A model generated the notes under the pieces. The model saw only the letters and a list, made by a program, of their open reading frames with translations, had not been told where the DNA came from and did no database searches. DNA of 64,000 bases from an uncultured bacterium. GTDB lineage: Bacteria > UBP7 > UBA6624. The DNA lies in the NCBI GenBank assembly GCA_964517115.1, contig CAZFBE010000002.1, positions 6,862 to 70,861 of the forward strand, read 5' to 3'. This document shows positions 17,576-26,183 of the stretch, piece by piece. A program made the translations under genes and the position numbers. Position 1 is the first letter of the stretch; each line of letters begins with the position of its first letter.

Positions 17576-19116
17576 AAAAAAGAATTGAAAAACTAAGAGG
17601 CCTAATTGCAAAAGCGAAGCTTGGTGGCGGAAAAGAAGCAATTGAAAAACAGCATAAAAAAGGGAAGTTGACCGCTAGAGAAAGACTTGAGGTTTTGCTT
17701 GATGACGGATCTTTTAGAGAGTTGGGAATTTTCATAAAATCTTCTCCTTTGCCCATAGGGGAAAAGAAAGAATTCCTCGGAGACGGCTTGGTGGCTGGAT
17801 TCGGAAAGATAAATGGCAGGAGGGTTCTTGTTTATAGTCAAGATTTCACAGTTATGGGAGGTTCTTTGGGGGAAAGGCATGCTGAAAAGATAGTTAAAAT
17901 CATTCAAACTGGAAGAAAGGTTGGCGTTCCTGTTATTGCAATACAGGATTCTGGTGGGGCGAGAATACAGGAAGGGGTTGTCTCTCTGGCTGGTTATGCA
18001 AGCATTTTTAGAGAAAACACTCTTTCAAGTGGTGTTGTTCCTCAGATTGCTTGCATTTTAGGGCCGTGTGCTGGCGGTGCAGTTTATTCTCCTGGTCTTA
18101 TGGATTTTGTTTTTATGACAAAAGGTACCAGTCATATGTTCTTAACTGGACCAGATGTAATAAAGACGGTTTTGCATGAAGACGTTACTTTTGAGGATCT
18201 TGGGGGAGCTTCTGTGCACACTCAAAAGAGTGGTGTTTCTCATTTTGTTTCAGAAAATGAAGTTGAATGTTTGAAATCCGTAAGAGATTTATTAGATTAC
18301 ATTCCTGCCAACAATAAAGTTTCTCAATTGAAAAAAGAGTCAGATTCTCATAATGTTCAAAGAAGAGAGGGGAAGTTAAGAGAGATAATCCCTGATAGTT
18401 CAGACAAGCCCTATGACATGAAGGAGATTCTTGATTTGGTTCTGGATGGTGATTCATTTTTTGAAATCCAGTCTTCTTGGGCTAAAAATATAGTTATTGG
18501 CTTTGGAAGACTTGATGGAAATGTTGTTGGAATAATTGCAAATCAGCCTAATGTTTTAGCGGGATGCCTTGATTCAGATTCTTGCAACAAGGCAGCTAGG
18601 TTTATTAGATTTTGTGATGCTTTTAACATTCCGATTGTTTCCTTTGTTGATGTTCCTGGATTCCTTCCTGGAAAAGACCAGGAGCATAGAGGGATCATTA
18701 GGCATGGAGCAAAACTTCTACATGCCTACTCCGAATCAACTGTACCTCTTCTAACAGTTGTCACAAGGAAAGCCTATGGAGGTGCTTATTGTGTTATGGC
18801 ACCAAAACAACTAGGTGCCGATTTGAATCTTGCTTGGCCTTCGGCTGAGTTTGCTGTTATGGGTGCTGAGGGTGCGATAAATATCATTTTTAGAAAAGAT
18901 ATAAGTGAAGCAAAGGATAAAGAGAAAAAGAGAGAAGATTTAATTTCAAATTACGAGACAAATATAGCAACTCCCTATATTGCTGCTGAAAGAGGGTATG
19001 TTGATGAGGTTATTGACCCAATAGATACGAGACCTAAGTTAATTGAAGGCTTGAGATTTTATAAATCTAAAAGAGAGAATCTTCCTTCTAGAAAGCATGG
19101 GAATATACCACTCTGA
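17572..19116 (+). CDS. Acyl-CoA carboxyltransferase (propionyl-CoA carboxylase beta / methylmalonyl-CoA carboxyltransferase family)
   Basis: 514 aa. INGRRVLVYSQDFTVMGGSLGE, VPVIAIQDSGGARIQEG and the duplicated crotonase-like halves are present. Confidence 0.85.
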   Translation: MKKRIEKLRGLIAKAKLGGGKEAIEKQHKKGKLTARERLEVLLDDGSFRELGIFIKSSPLPIGEKKEFLGDGLVAGFGKINGRRVLVYSQDFTVMGGSLGERHAEKIVKIIQTGRKVGVPVIAIQDSGGARIQEGVVSLAGYASIFRENTLSSGVVPQIACILGPCAGGAVYSPGLMDFVFMTKGTSHMFLTGPDVIKTVLHEDVTFEDLGGASVHTQKSGVSHFVSENEVECLKSVRDLLDYIPANNKVSQLKKESDSHNVQRREGKLREIIPDSSDKPYDMKEILDLVLDGDSFFEIQSSWAKNIVIGFGRLDGNVVGIIANQPNVLAGCLDSDSCNKAARFIRFCDAFNIPIVSFVDVPGFLPGKDQEHRGIIRHGAKLLHAYSESTVPLLTVVTRKAYGGAYCVMAPKQLGADLNLAWPSAEFAVMGAEGAINIIFRKDISEAKDKEKKREDLISNYETNIATPYIAAERGYVDEVIDPIDTRPKLIEGLRFYKSKRENLPSRKHGNIPL

Positions 19117-21068
19117 AAAATAAATTAACTTTATTAGTATTCTTAGCTTCTTTTTCTTTTTTCACTATTTTTTCTCAGGAGGATTTCCAAAATTCTTGGA
19201 TTGAAAAGAATCTTGTAAATTTTTCTGAATTAAAACCAGGCAAGAAAAGCATTTTTCCAAGTGTTTTACATGATGATCTTTCTTCTTTCTATATCGATGA
19301 AATGATCAAGAAAGGAGAGATGGATGAGGCAAAAAGACATTTTCTTTTATGGTATGACTCATGCGAATCTTCTTGTTTTGATTTTGCAAACCTTGTTGTT
19401 GATTTTTTAAAGCTCGATATTTTCAACCTTGAGAAAGCTAAGATTTATCTTGACGATATTTCTTCAGGTTTGAATTATGAAAATAAATCCCAAGTTATGC
19501 TTAGGTTTTTTTTACAAAAGAAGGTTTCAGGTGAAGATTTTTTAATGAGGGAAGTTGAGCTTCATTATCAAGGACTAAGCCCCATGTCATCTACCGAAGT
19601 AAGAAAAGGATGGTCTGATTTAATGATATTTTTACTTAGCAAGAATATTGAAAATGAAAGAAGGGATGTTGAAAAGGTTTTTAATTTTATTAAATCTTGG
19701 AATATTGATTTTGATCATGAAAGACTTGGTAAACTTTCTCCTCATTCTGATTTAAAAAAATTCATTTTATCTTGGGGAAATTACAAATCATCAAAACCGA
19801 AAGATGCAAAAAGAATTTTGAAAGAATGGGAGGAAGAAGGTGTGGCCAATTACCACTTTCTTGATTACCACAGTCTTAATTCAAGAGTTTCCTCTTCCCT
19901 AGGGCAGACTCAAGAGGCTCTTGACTCTCTTGAAAAAATGGCTATTAATGGTGGGGGGGAGGATGGAGTATACAGAAAGGCCGGTTATCTTTTTTATTTA
20001 AACATGTTTGATGATTCTGAAAGAGAATATAAAAGATATTTGAGAAGATACCCTGAGGGTGAAAGGGCGGATTTATGTAAATATCATTTGTTCAGACTTA
20101 ATGCTGTGGAAAATCCCGATATAGCACTTTCTTATATTTCAGATATTAATGATCCTGATCTTGAGCCAAATAAACTTTATTGGCAATATAGGCTTGCGGG
20201 ACACGGTGAAAAAAGAGAAATTCTTTTAAAGAAATACCCTTTTTCTTTTTTCAGTTTATATATTCTTGAAACAGAAGGTTACCCTAGCGAGGATTGGTGG
20301 AAGTTGATTCTTGATGATCCAGGAAATTTTCAATTCAAGGAGGATGCATTGACTTTTTACGAGAGTTTAATTCCGGAAACAATCCTGAAGGAAGCCAGAT
20401 TCAAGTACTTAAATGGAGAAAAAAACTATAGTAATATTTTGAGAATATCATCTCTTCTCATGAAATTGGAAAGAGGAATTGAATCAAGGCTTTATGCTGG
20501 TTTTTTATTGGATGCTGTAGTGGAAGGAGAATTGTCAGAACAGGCTATCATAAAAATACTTTCAAATTTTTGGCCAACTCCATATGATGAAATATTCGGT
20601 GGTTTTAATTCTGGAAAAAATGAAGATAGGTTGTTGATGTATTCTTTGGCCCATAGAGAAAGTGCATTTCAGCCAAATGCTATATCCTCAGCAGGAGCTG
20701 TTGGGTTGACACAGGTTATGCCTTCTACGGCCTCAAACGTCCTTGATGATTTTCATATGGATGTTCCATATGATGAAATTCATGATCTTTTAAAGAATCC
20801 CGAACTCAATTTTTTAGTTGGTTCGACTTACTTAAACAGAATGCTGGAAAAATATGATGATGATATTGTTGCTGCACTATTTGCGTACAACGCAGGATCA
20901 TCAAGGGTTGATCCATGGCTTGAGCGCATTCAGGAAAACGATTACCAAAACCTCATGGACCCTTTGAGGATATTGGAGATACCATTATCAGAGTCAAGGA
21001 TATACGCGAGGTCAATCTTGACAAATCTATTCATGTATCAAAGATTGGATGATTATGCCTTAGAGTAG
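19113..21068 (+). CDS. slt: Soluble lytic murein transglycosylase (Slt family). The track ORF starts at ATG 19302, but an in-frame upstream extension encodes a signal peptide, with a probable CTG start at 19113 overlapping the upstream stop (cTGA).
   Basis: The C-terminal SLT domain reads HRESAFQPNAISSAGAVGLTQVMPSTAS..AYNAG. The frame is open from the TAG at 19089, giving (L/M)KNKLTLLVFLASFSFFTIFSQEDF. No ATG/GTG/TTG is available before 19302. Confidence 0.65.
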   Translation: MKNKLTLLVFLASFSFFTIFSQEDFQNSWIEKNLVNFSELKPGKKSIFPSVLHDDLSSFYIDEMIKKGEMDEAKRHFLLWYDSCESSCFDFANLVVDFLKLDIFNLEKAKIYLDDISSGLNYENKSQVMLRFFLQKKVSGEDFLMREVELHYQGLSPMSSTEVRKGWSDLMIFLLSKNIENERRDVEKVFNFIKSWNIDFDHERLGKLSPHSDLKKFILSWGNYKSSKPKDAKRILKEWEEEGVANYHFLDYHSLNSRVSSSLGQTQEALDSLEKMAINGGGEDGVYRKAGYLFYLNMFDDSEREYKRYLRRYPEGERADLCKYHLFRLNAVENPDIALSYISDINDPDLEPNKLYWQYRLAGHGEKREILLKKYPFSFFSLYILETEGYPSEDWWKLILDDPGNFQFKEDALTFYESLIPETILKEARFKYLNGEKNYSNILRISSLLMKLERGIESRLYAGFLLDAVVEGELSEQAIIKILSNFWPTPYDEIFGGFNSGKNEDRLLMYSLAHRESAFQPNAISSAGAVGLTQVMPSTASNVLDDFHMDVPYDEIHDLLKNPELNFLVGSTYLNRMLEKYDDDIVAALFAYNAGSSRVDPWLERIQENDYQNLMDPLRILEIPLSESRIYARSILTNLFMYQRLDDYALE

Positions 21069-21083
21069 CAGTTTACTAACAAG

Positions 21084-21899
21084 ATGTCAAAAAGAAAAAC
21101 AGAGAAGTTTGTCAAATTTTGGAAACAGCCAATTGAGGACGAAATGATGTATCGTGTTGATTCGCTTAATGGTCCTAAAATTTTAAAAAAAGCGGTTTCC
21201 TACGCACTTTTCAGTGGTGGGAAAAGAGTTCGACCTTTGTTTTATTTGGCAGTTCTTCAAAGTATTGAGGGTTTGGATTTGACATGGGACGAGAGATTAA
21301 ATTACGGGCCTTTGCCAAGAGCATGCTCGTTTGAATTTTTTCATGCTTTCACACTGGTTCAAGATGATTTGCCATGTATGGATAATGATGCATTGCGAAG
21401 AGGGAAGCCGTCACTGTGGAAGAAATTCGGAGAATCTACAGCCTTGCTTGCAAGTAATGTTTTATTGGGGATGTCTTATGGCTCGGTGGCTAAAAATTTT
21501 GCTATTACAGAAATGTTAATGCCAGATAGCATTATTGGGGGTCAGGCATTTGATTTAGGTCTTGAGGAAGGTGTTGTCCAAGAAGAGATTAACTACATGA
21601 AAACAGCACATTTTTTTGAAAAAATAGTACGTACGGCAATTTTTGATTTTCTGCATGCAGATTGGAGTGAGCTGGAGCTTAAACAGGATCCCAAAGACTT
21701 AGTGAAATTTGCTGGAAGATTTGGTGCTTATTTTCAGCATAGGGATGATTTTTTTGATTCTAAAAACGAGACTAAAAAAAATGAATCGAGAAAAAAGATG
21801 AAAGAAGCAATAGAAGATCAAGATAGATTGTTGAAAAAGATGGATTTAGAGGATTCTGTTTTAGGGGGGTTTGCCTCTTGGCTGATAGACAAGGAATAG
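21084..21899 (+). CDS. Short-chain polyprenyl diphosphate synthase
   Basis: 271 aa. FARM motif DDLPCMDNDALRRGKP, second Asp-rich motif QHRDDFFD and GGKRVRP are all present. Confidence 0.7.
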   Translation: MSKRKTEKFVKFWKQPIEDEMMYRVDSLNGPKILKKAVSYALFSGGKRVRPLFYLAVLQSIEGLDLTWDERLNYGPLPRACSFEFFHAFTLVQDDLPCMDNDALRRGKPSLWKKFGESTALLASNVLLGMSYGSVAKNFAITEMLMPDSIIGGQAFDLGLEEGVVQEEINYMKTAHFFEKIVRTAIFDFLHADWSELELKQDPKDLVKFAGRFGAYFQHRDDFFDSKNETKKNESRKKMKEAIEDQDRLLKKMDLEDSVLGGFASWLIDKE

Positions 21900-22723
21900 G
21901 TTTTGAAAAATGGATTGCTGCTGGCAATTCATTTATTGTTGTTGATGGGGACGCTGTAAGCAATGACGAGAGATCTAGGTTTGCAATAAAAATTACCGAT
22001 TCAGAAAATTACCTTCAGGCAGACGGTGTTCTTTTTGTAAGTGTCATTGACGATGACTTGGTTAGATGTGATGTTTACAACAGGGATGGAAGCATTGGAG
22101 AGGTTTCGTTGAATGGGTTCAGGATTGCCTCTGCTTACTGTTATTCAAACCGCAAAAGGCTTGCATGGAAATGGACTTCTCTAAGCTTGGATAAATGGAT
22201 ATCATCACAAGTAAGCGAGAAGTGGGAAATAGAGAATATTTTCTCTGAAGATGGATTATTTTCTGTAAGCTTGAAACAAGAAGGTCTTGATGATTTTCAT
22301 TGTGAAAGAATTAGTGTTGAGGGTTTGGAAGGGTGGTCTGTTTTTGGTGTTGGTAATCCTCATTTTGTCATCTCCCTGGATCAAGAATACCAATTGGAAG
22401 AATCTCATTACAAGGATATCTTCAATAAGGTTTCTTCAAATGAGAATTTTCCATTTGGTGCAAATGTTCATTTTTTAAAGAGGGTTAACCAGTTGGGTGA
22501 TTATTCCATTCAGACATACGAAAGAGGGGTAGGAAAAACTTTATCCTGCGGATCTGGAACTCTCGCATGTTCTATATGTGTAAACAAGGAAATAGACAAA
22601 GGTATAGAACATATAAAAACAGAATCCGAAGGGGGCCTTTTGGAGATTGCGTTTGGTGAGGATTTTGTTATCTGTAAGGGTCCAGCAAAAAGAACCTTGA
22701 CTGGTTTTTTTGAAAGTTCCTAA
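21878..22723 (+). CDS. dapF: Diaminopimelate epimerase
   Basis: 281 aa. GNSFIVVDG, NRDGSIGEVSLNGFRIAS, GNPHFVI and the catalytic SCGSGTLA are present. Confidence 0.8.
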   Translation: MADRQGIGFEKWIAAGNSFIVVDGDAVSNDERSRFAIKITDSENYLQADGVLFVSVIDDDLVRCDVYNRDGSIGEVSLNGFRIASAYCYSNRKRLAWKWTSLSLDKWISSQVSEKWEIENIFSEDGLFSVSLKQEGLDDFHCERISVEGLEGWSVFGVGNPHFVISLDQEYQLEESHYKDIFNKVSSNENFPFGANVHFLKRVNQLGDYSIQTYERGVGKTLSCGSGTLACSICVNKEIDKGIEHIKTESEGGLLEIAFGEDFVICKGPAKRTLTGFFESS

Positions 22724-23334
22724 GCGTAGTATTCCATAATATAACCAAGATTTAATTCTTCAGTTATTGGAATTTCTGAAAATTCTGGATATCTTTCATA
22801 TTTTGAAGTCCATTTATCTTGATTGACAACAAGCCATCTTGGGGCTCCTCTGCCAATGACCTCTGAAACTTTTTCTTTAAAGAAGGTTTTTTTCATTGAT
22901 CCAGGTTTTAAAGATAGAACATCTCCAGGTTTGCATGCATAGGAAGGCTTGTCCGCTTTTCTTCCATTGATGTAGAAATGGCCATGGACGACAAGCTGCC
23001 TTGCCTCTCTTTGGGTTCTTGCAAAGCCACTTTTTAATGCAATGGTATCAAGTCTTGACTCAAGTAACTTCATGAGCATTTCTTCAGAAGATCCTTTTTT
23101 GTTTTTTGACTCTCTGACATAACTAGCAAACTTTCTTTCTTTTAAGTTGTAGATAGCTCTAAGTCTTTGTTTTTCAAGGAGCCTTATTTTGTAATCACTA
23201 GATTTTCTTCTCCTCATATTTGTTCCATGCTGTCCCGGAGGATGTTTTCTTCTGGCAAGTGGGTCACGATGTGTCCCAACAACATTCATTCCTAGTTTCC
23301 TAGAAAGAGCAACCTTTTTTTGTTTAATTGACAT
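22720..23334 (-). CDS. rpsD: 30S ribosomal protein S4
   Basis: 204 aa. YKIRLLEKQRLRAIYNLKERKF, RLDTIALKSGFARTQREARQLVVHGHFYINGRKADKPSY (S4 domain). Confidence 0.9.
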   Translation of the reverse strand: MSIKQKKVALSRKLGMNVVGTHRDPLARRKHPPGQHGTNMRRRKSSDYKIRLLEKQRLRAIYNLKERKFASYVRESKNKKGSSEEMLMKLLESRLDTIALKSGFARTQREARQLVVHGHFYINGRKADKPSYACKPGDVLSLKPGSMKKTFFKEKVSEVIGRGAPRWLVVNQDKWTSKYERYPEFSEIPITEELNLGYIMEYYA

Positions 23335-23358
23335 ATTACAAGCGTCTATTATAGCTTA

Positions 23359-23475
23359 TTAGCTTTTAAAAATCGAAGAGAGCCTGATGATTCCCCAGAT
23401 TACTAGAGAAAAACATAATCCTGAAACTAGGCCAACTAAAGCAGCATGAATCCAGTTTTTATCAATTCTTTTCAT
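23359..23475 (-). CDS. Possible 38-aa small membrane protein (too short for the ORF track)
   Basis: My translation gives MKRIDKNWIHAALVGLVSGLCFSLVIWGIIRLSSIFKS, with one hydrophobic helix, in the only sizeable intergenic gap upstream of rpsD. Confidence 0.2.
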   Translation of the reverse strand: MKRIDKNWIHAALVGLVSGLCFSLVIWGIIRLSSIFKS

Positions 23476-23484
23476 GTTTTATTT

Positions 23485-23784
23485 TTAAAATTTTATGTAT
23501 ATGAAAGGCTTTCCTTTTATTGAAAATCTTTGCAAACATCCATCCCTTGAAAGTATTTCTATAATTTCCTTGCTTTTTGCAAGATTCGTATTTTTTTGAA
23601 TCTTCTTTTGTATGAGCGTGATTATTCTCTGTTCAGCACACACTATATTTCCTGAATTTCTAAAATCAAGAAGTACATTTTTATATTCATTTTTTTTCTT
23701 TTTTGATATATCGGAAACTTTTGCTTGAGATTGTTTCTCAGGCCCCTTGAGAATGTTTAAAAAATTTTCAAATAAATTTTTCAT
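23485..23784 (-). CDS. Hypothetical protein (99 aa)
   Basis: Intact ORF in the operon with rpiB. No motif recognised. Confidence 0.4.
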   Translation of the reverse strand: MKNLFENFLNILKGPEKQSQAKVSDISKKKKNEYKNVLLDFRNSGNIVCAEQRIITLIQKKIQKNTNLAKSKEIIEILSRDGCLQRFSIKGKPFIYIKF

Positions 23785-23789
23785 GACCT

Positions 23790-24230
23790 TTAGTCTATTT
23801 CAATTTTGTTGATTCTTTTTTGATGTCTCTCTCCTTCAAAGTCAGTTGAAAGAAATAATTTAACTAAATTTAGTGCATCATCCCTGTTTACCATTCTTTC
23901 TCCCAGGCATAAGACATTTGCGTCATTGTGTTTTCTTGTCATTATTACAGATTCTTTGTCATGAACTCGTGCGGCTCTTATTTTTTGATGTCTATTTGCA
24001 GCCATTGACATGCCTACCCCGCTCCCGCAGACTAATATTCCGTATTTTGCTTTTCCTTTCTTAATGCTTTCGCAAAGCTTATGTGCAAAATCTGGATAAT
24101 CAACAGATCCTTCCTTCGTTGGAGTTAGGTCTATAAATGAAAAATATTCATTTAATTTTTCAATAATGTATAAAGAAAGGTTTTTCCCAGCATGATCACA
24201 TGAGATAGCTATTTTTAAGTTCTCATCCAT
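23790..24230 (-). CDS. rpiB: Ribose-5-phosphate isomerase B
   Basis: 146 aa. KIAISCDHAGKNL, GILVCGSGVGMSMAANR and NDANVLCLGERMV are present. Confidence 0.85.
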   Translation of the reverse strand: MDENLKIAISCDHAGKNLSLYIIEKLNEYFSFIDLTPTKEGSVDYPDFAHKLCESIKKGKAKYGILVCGSGVGMSMAANRHQKIRAARVHDKESVIMTRKHNDANVLCLGERMVNRDDALNLVKLFLSTDFEGERHQKRINKIEID

Positions 24231-24982
24231 AATATTTCTTCTCCTTCAAATACGATATTTTCTTTTCTCAACCCTGAGGCTGATTTAAAGTTTTTTTCTA
24301 TAATCATTTCTTTATCTTTGGAACAAAGAATATAAAGATTTGGCAATAGAGACCCTTCGTTTTCCCAGAATCTTGACATTTCAGATAAAAATTCTTCATC
24401 ATGGTTATTCCTTTTGTACCCAAGTTTTTTTGATATTAAAGATAATTTTGTTTCTTTTGGGGTTCTGTATAGGTTTATGAAAATCCCATCAAAGGTAAAT
24501 GATTCGGCTATTTTTGAAATATTTTCATTCAGGACAAAACTTTTGTAATCTTCTGAAAACATTTGGTACCTTTGCAAGTTCCAATTTCCGATTTTTTCAT
24601 AAATGCCTTTCCAGTCTTTGTTAGTTCTTTCCCAATGACTTATAGCAAGGAGGAGGGAATTTAGCAATAGTCCTTTTGAAATGGTTCCATCTTCAAATTT
24701 TGCTAAGATTTTTTCAATGTTTTTGTAGGTTCCATCTTCTAGAACTGGTTTATTTAGCGATATTTCAGAAATTGTTTTTCCATTAAAATTTATTGGTTTT
24801 TTAGCTGTTAGAAAGAAGGTGTGGAGGTTGTAGGTCATCTTGTCTTTATTCGCAGAAAAAAGATTAATATTCGATTCTCTGAATTCGGAAAAAATTCTAC
24901 AGAAAGGATCTCCGCATACTGCAAGTCTTCTTATCCTTTTCCTCTGAAAAGTATCAATTATGTCAGATCCAAAAAGATTCAT
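24215..24982 (-). CDS. Hypothetical protein (255 aa), translationally linked to the HD-GYP gene
   Basis: Intact ORF with no recognisable motifs. It overlaps rpiB by 16 nt and abuts the HD-GYP gene. Confidence 0.4.
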   Translation of the reverse strand: MNLFGSDIIDTFQRKRIRRLAVCGDPFCRIFSEFRESNINLFSANKDKMTYNLHTFFLTAKKPINFNGKTISEISLNKPVLEDGTYKNIEKILAKFEDGTISKGLLLNSLLLAISHWERTNKDWKGIYEKIGNWNLQRYQMFSEDYKSFVLNENISKIAESFTFDGIFINLYRTPKETKLSLISKKLGYKRNNHDEEFLSEMSRFWENEGSLLPNLYILCSKDKEMIIEKNFKSASGLRKENIVFEGEEILWMRT

Positions 24983-24983
24983 T

Positions 24984-26183
24984 TTAGTTTTTCATAATCT
25001 CCATTAGTATATTTATCAAAGAAGGGTCAGCTATGTTTTTTAAATAGGTGTTAATTGATTCATTTATCTCAATTTTTCCCTTCCTCCTTCTGTGAGGTCT
25101 GTCATGCTGCAAGGCAACATAGGTGTCAGCAATTCTAAGTATCCTGCTTGAGAGAGGGATCTTGGAGCCTTTTAGGCCGTCTGGATAGCCCGAACCATCC
25201 CAGGCTTCATGTGAGCTTCTGATTATTTTAGAAACTTTTGGCAAGCTTGTGATTTCTTCTGTTGCTTTTTCGCCTATCAATGTATGGTTTTTGATTATTT
25301 CCGTATCTTCTTTTGAAAGTTTTTCTTTTTTCATATAGATTTTTTCATCTTGCGCAAGAATCCCAATGTCAGAAAGGAATGCTGATATTTTCATGTCAAA
25401 CAATTCCTCTTGACTCATCCCGATTGCTTCTCCTAGTTTGACAGCGAGAAGCGCAACTTTGCTAGGATGTGCTGCTAGGAATGGTATTTTTTCTCCTATC
25501 AAGTTGGAAAAAACAACTGATATTGCTAGAAGGTATGCTTGAGATTCGAATTCTGATAATTCTTGTCCTGAATCTTTAATTTCGTTTATTTTTTCACTTG
25601 CAGAATTTTGTATATTTTTCTTTTCTTTGAACTTTATAAATTTATCAACCAGTTGGGGTTGAAATCTTGTTTCTCTTGACTGCTTGAGTATTTTATTTAT
25701 TTCTTCTCCTGTTCTTTTTGGCCTGTAAGGCCTTTCTCTACTTAAGGTATCATTCAAATCACAAATAGAAAGGATTTGCTTGGCCGTTGTGAATTCGCCA
25801 AGCATTAGCTGATCCGGGTAGCCTGTCCCATTCCAGCTTTCATGATGATGTCTAATTAAATTTGCAACTTCTTTCATTGAAGGTATATCTTTTACTATCT
25901 TGTATCCAATTACCGAATGGCCTTCGATCTTTTTTCTTTCCAGTGGAAGGAGGGGGCCTTTTTTGTAAAGTATTGAATGTGGCAATGTGGTCTCTCCGAT
26001 GTCGTGTAAAAGGGCAGCATAATAAAGGTTTCTTTGTGTTTTTAGTGTTAGTCCAAACTCATCCGAGAAGCTGATTGAAAAATTTGCAACCCCTTGTGCA
26101 TGAGAACTTGTGTGTCCTTCGATTTCATCCAGTATCTTTGAAAGGCATTTTATTAATTGTGAAAGTATATTAAATCTTTTCAT
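24984..26183 (-). CDS. Tandem HD-GYP domain protein (c-di-GMP phosphodiesterase-type). The second domain is degenerate.
   Basis: Domain 1 reads AALLHDIGETT..IRHHHESWNGTGYPDQL (HD plus HHExxDGxGYP). Domain 2 reads SAFLSDIGIL..RSSHEAWDGSGYPDGL, with HD replaced by SD but GYP retained. Confidence 0.75.
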   Translation of the reverse strand: MKRFNILSQLIKCLSKILDEIEGHTSSHAQGVANFSISFSDEFGLTLKTQRNLYYAALLHDIGETTLPHSILYKKGPLLPLERKKIEGHSVIGYKIVKDIPSMKEVANLIRHHHESWNGTGYPDQLMLGEFTTAKQILSICDLNDTLSRERPYRPKRTGEEINKILKQSRETRFQPQLVDKFIKFKEKKNIQNSASEKINEIKDSGQELSEFESQAYLLAISVVFSNLIGEKIPFLAAHPSKVALLAVKLGEAIGMSQEELFDMKISAFLSDIGILAQDEKIYMKKEKLSKEDTEIIKNHTLIGEKATEEITSLPKVSKIIRSSHEAWDGSGYPDGLKGSKIPLSSRILRIADTYVALQHDRPHRRRKGKIEINESINTYLKNIADPSLINILMEIMKN

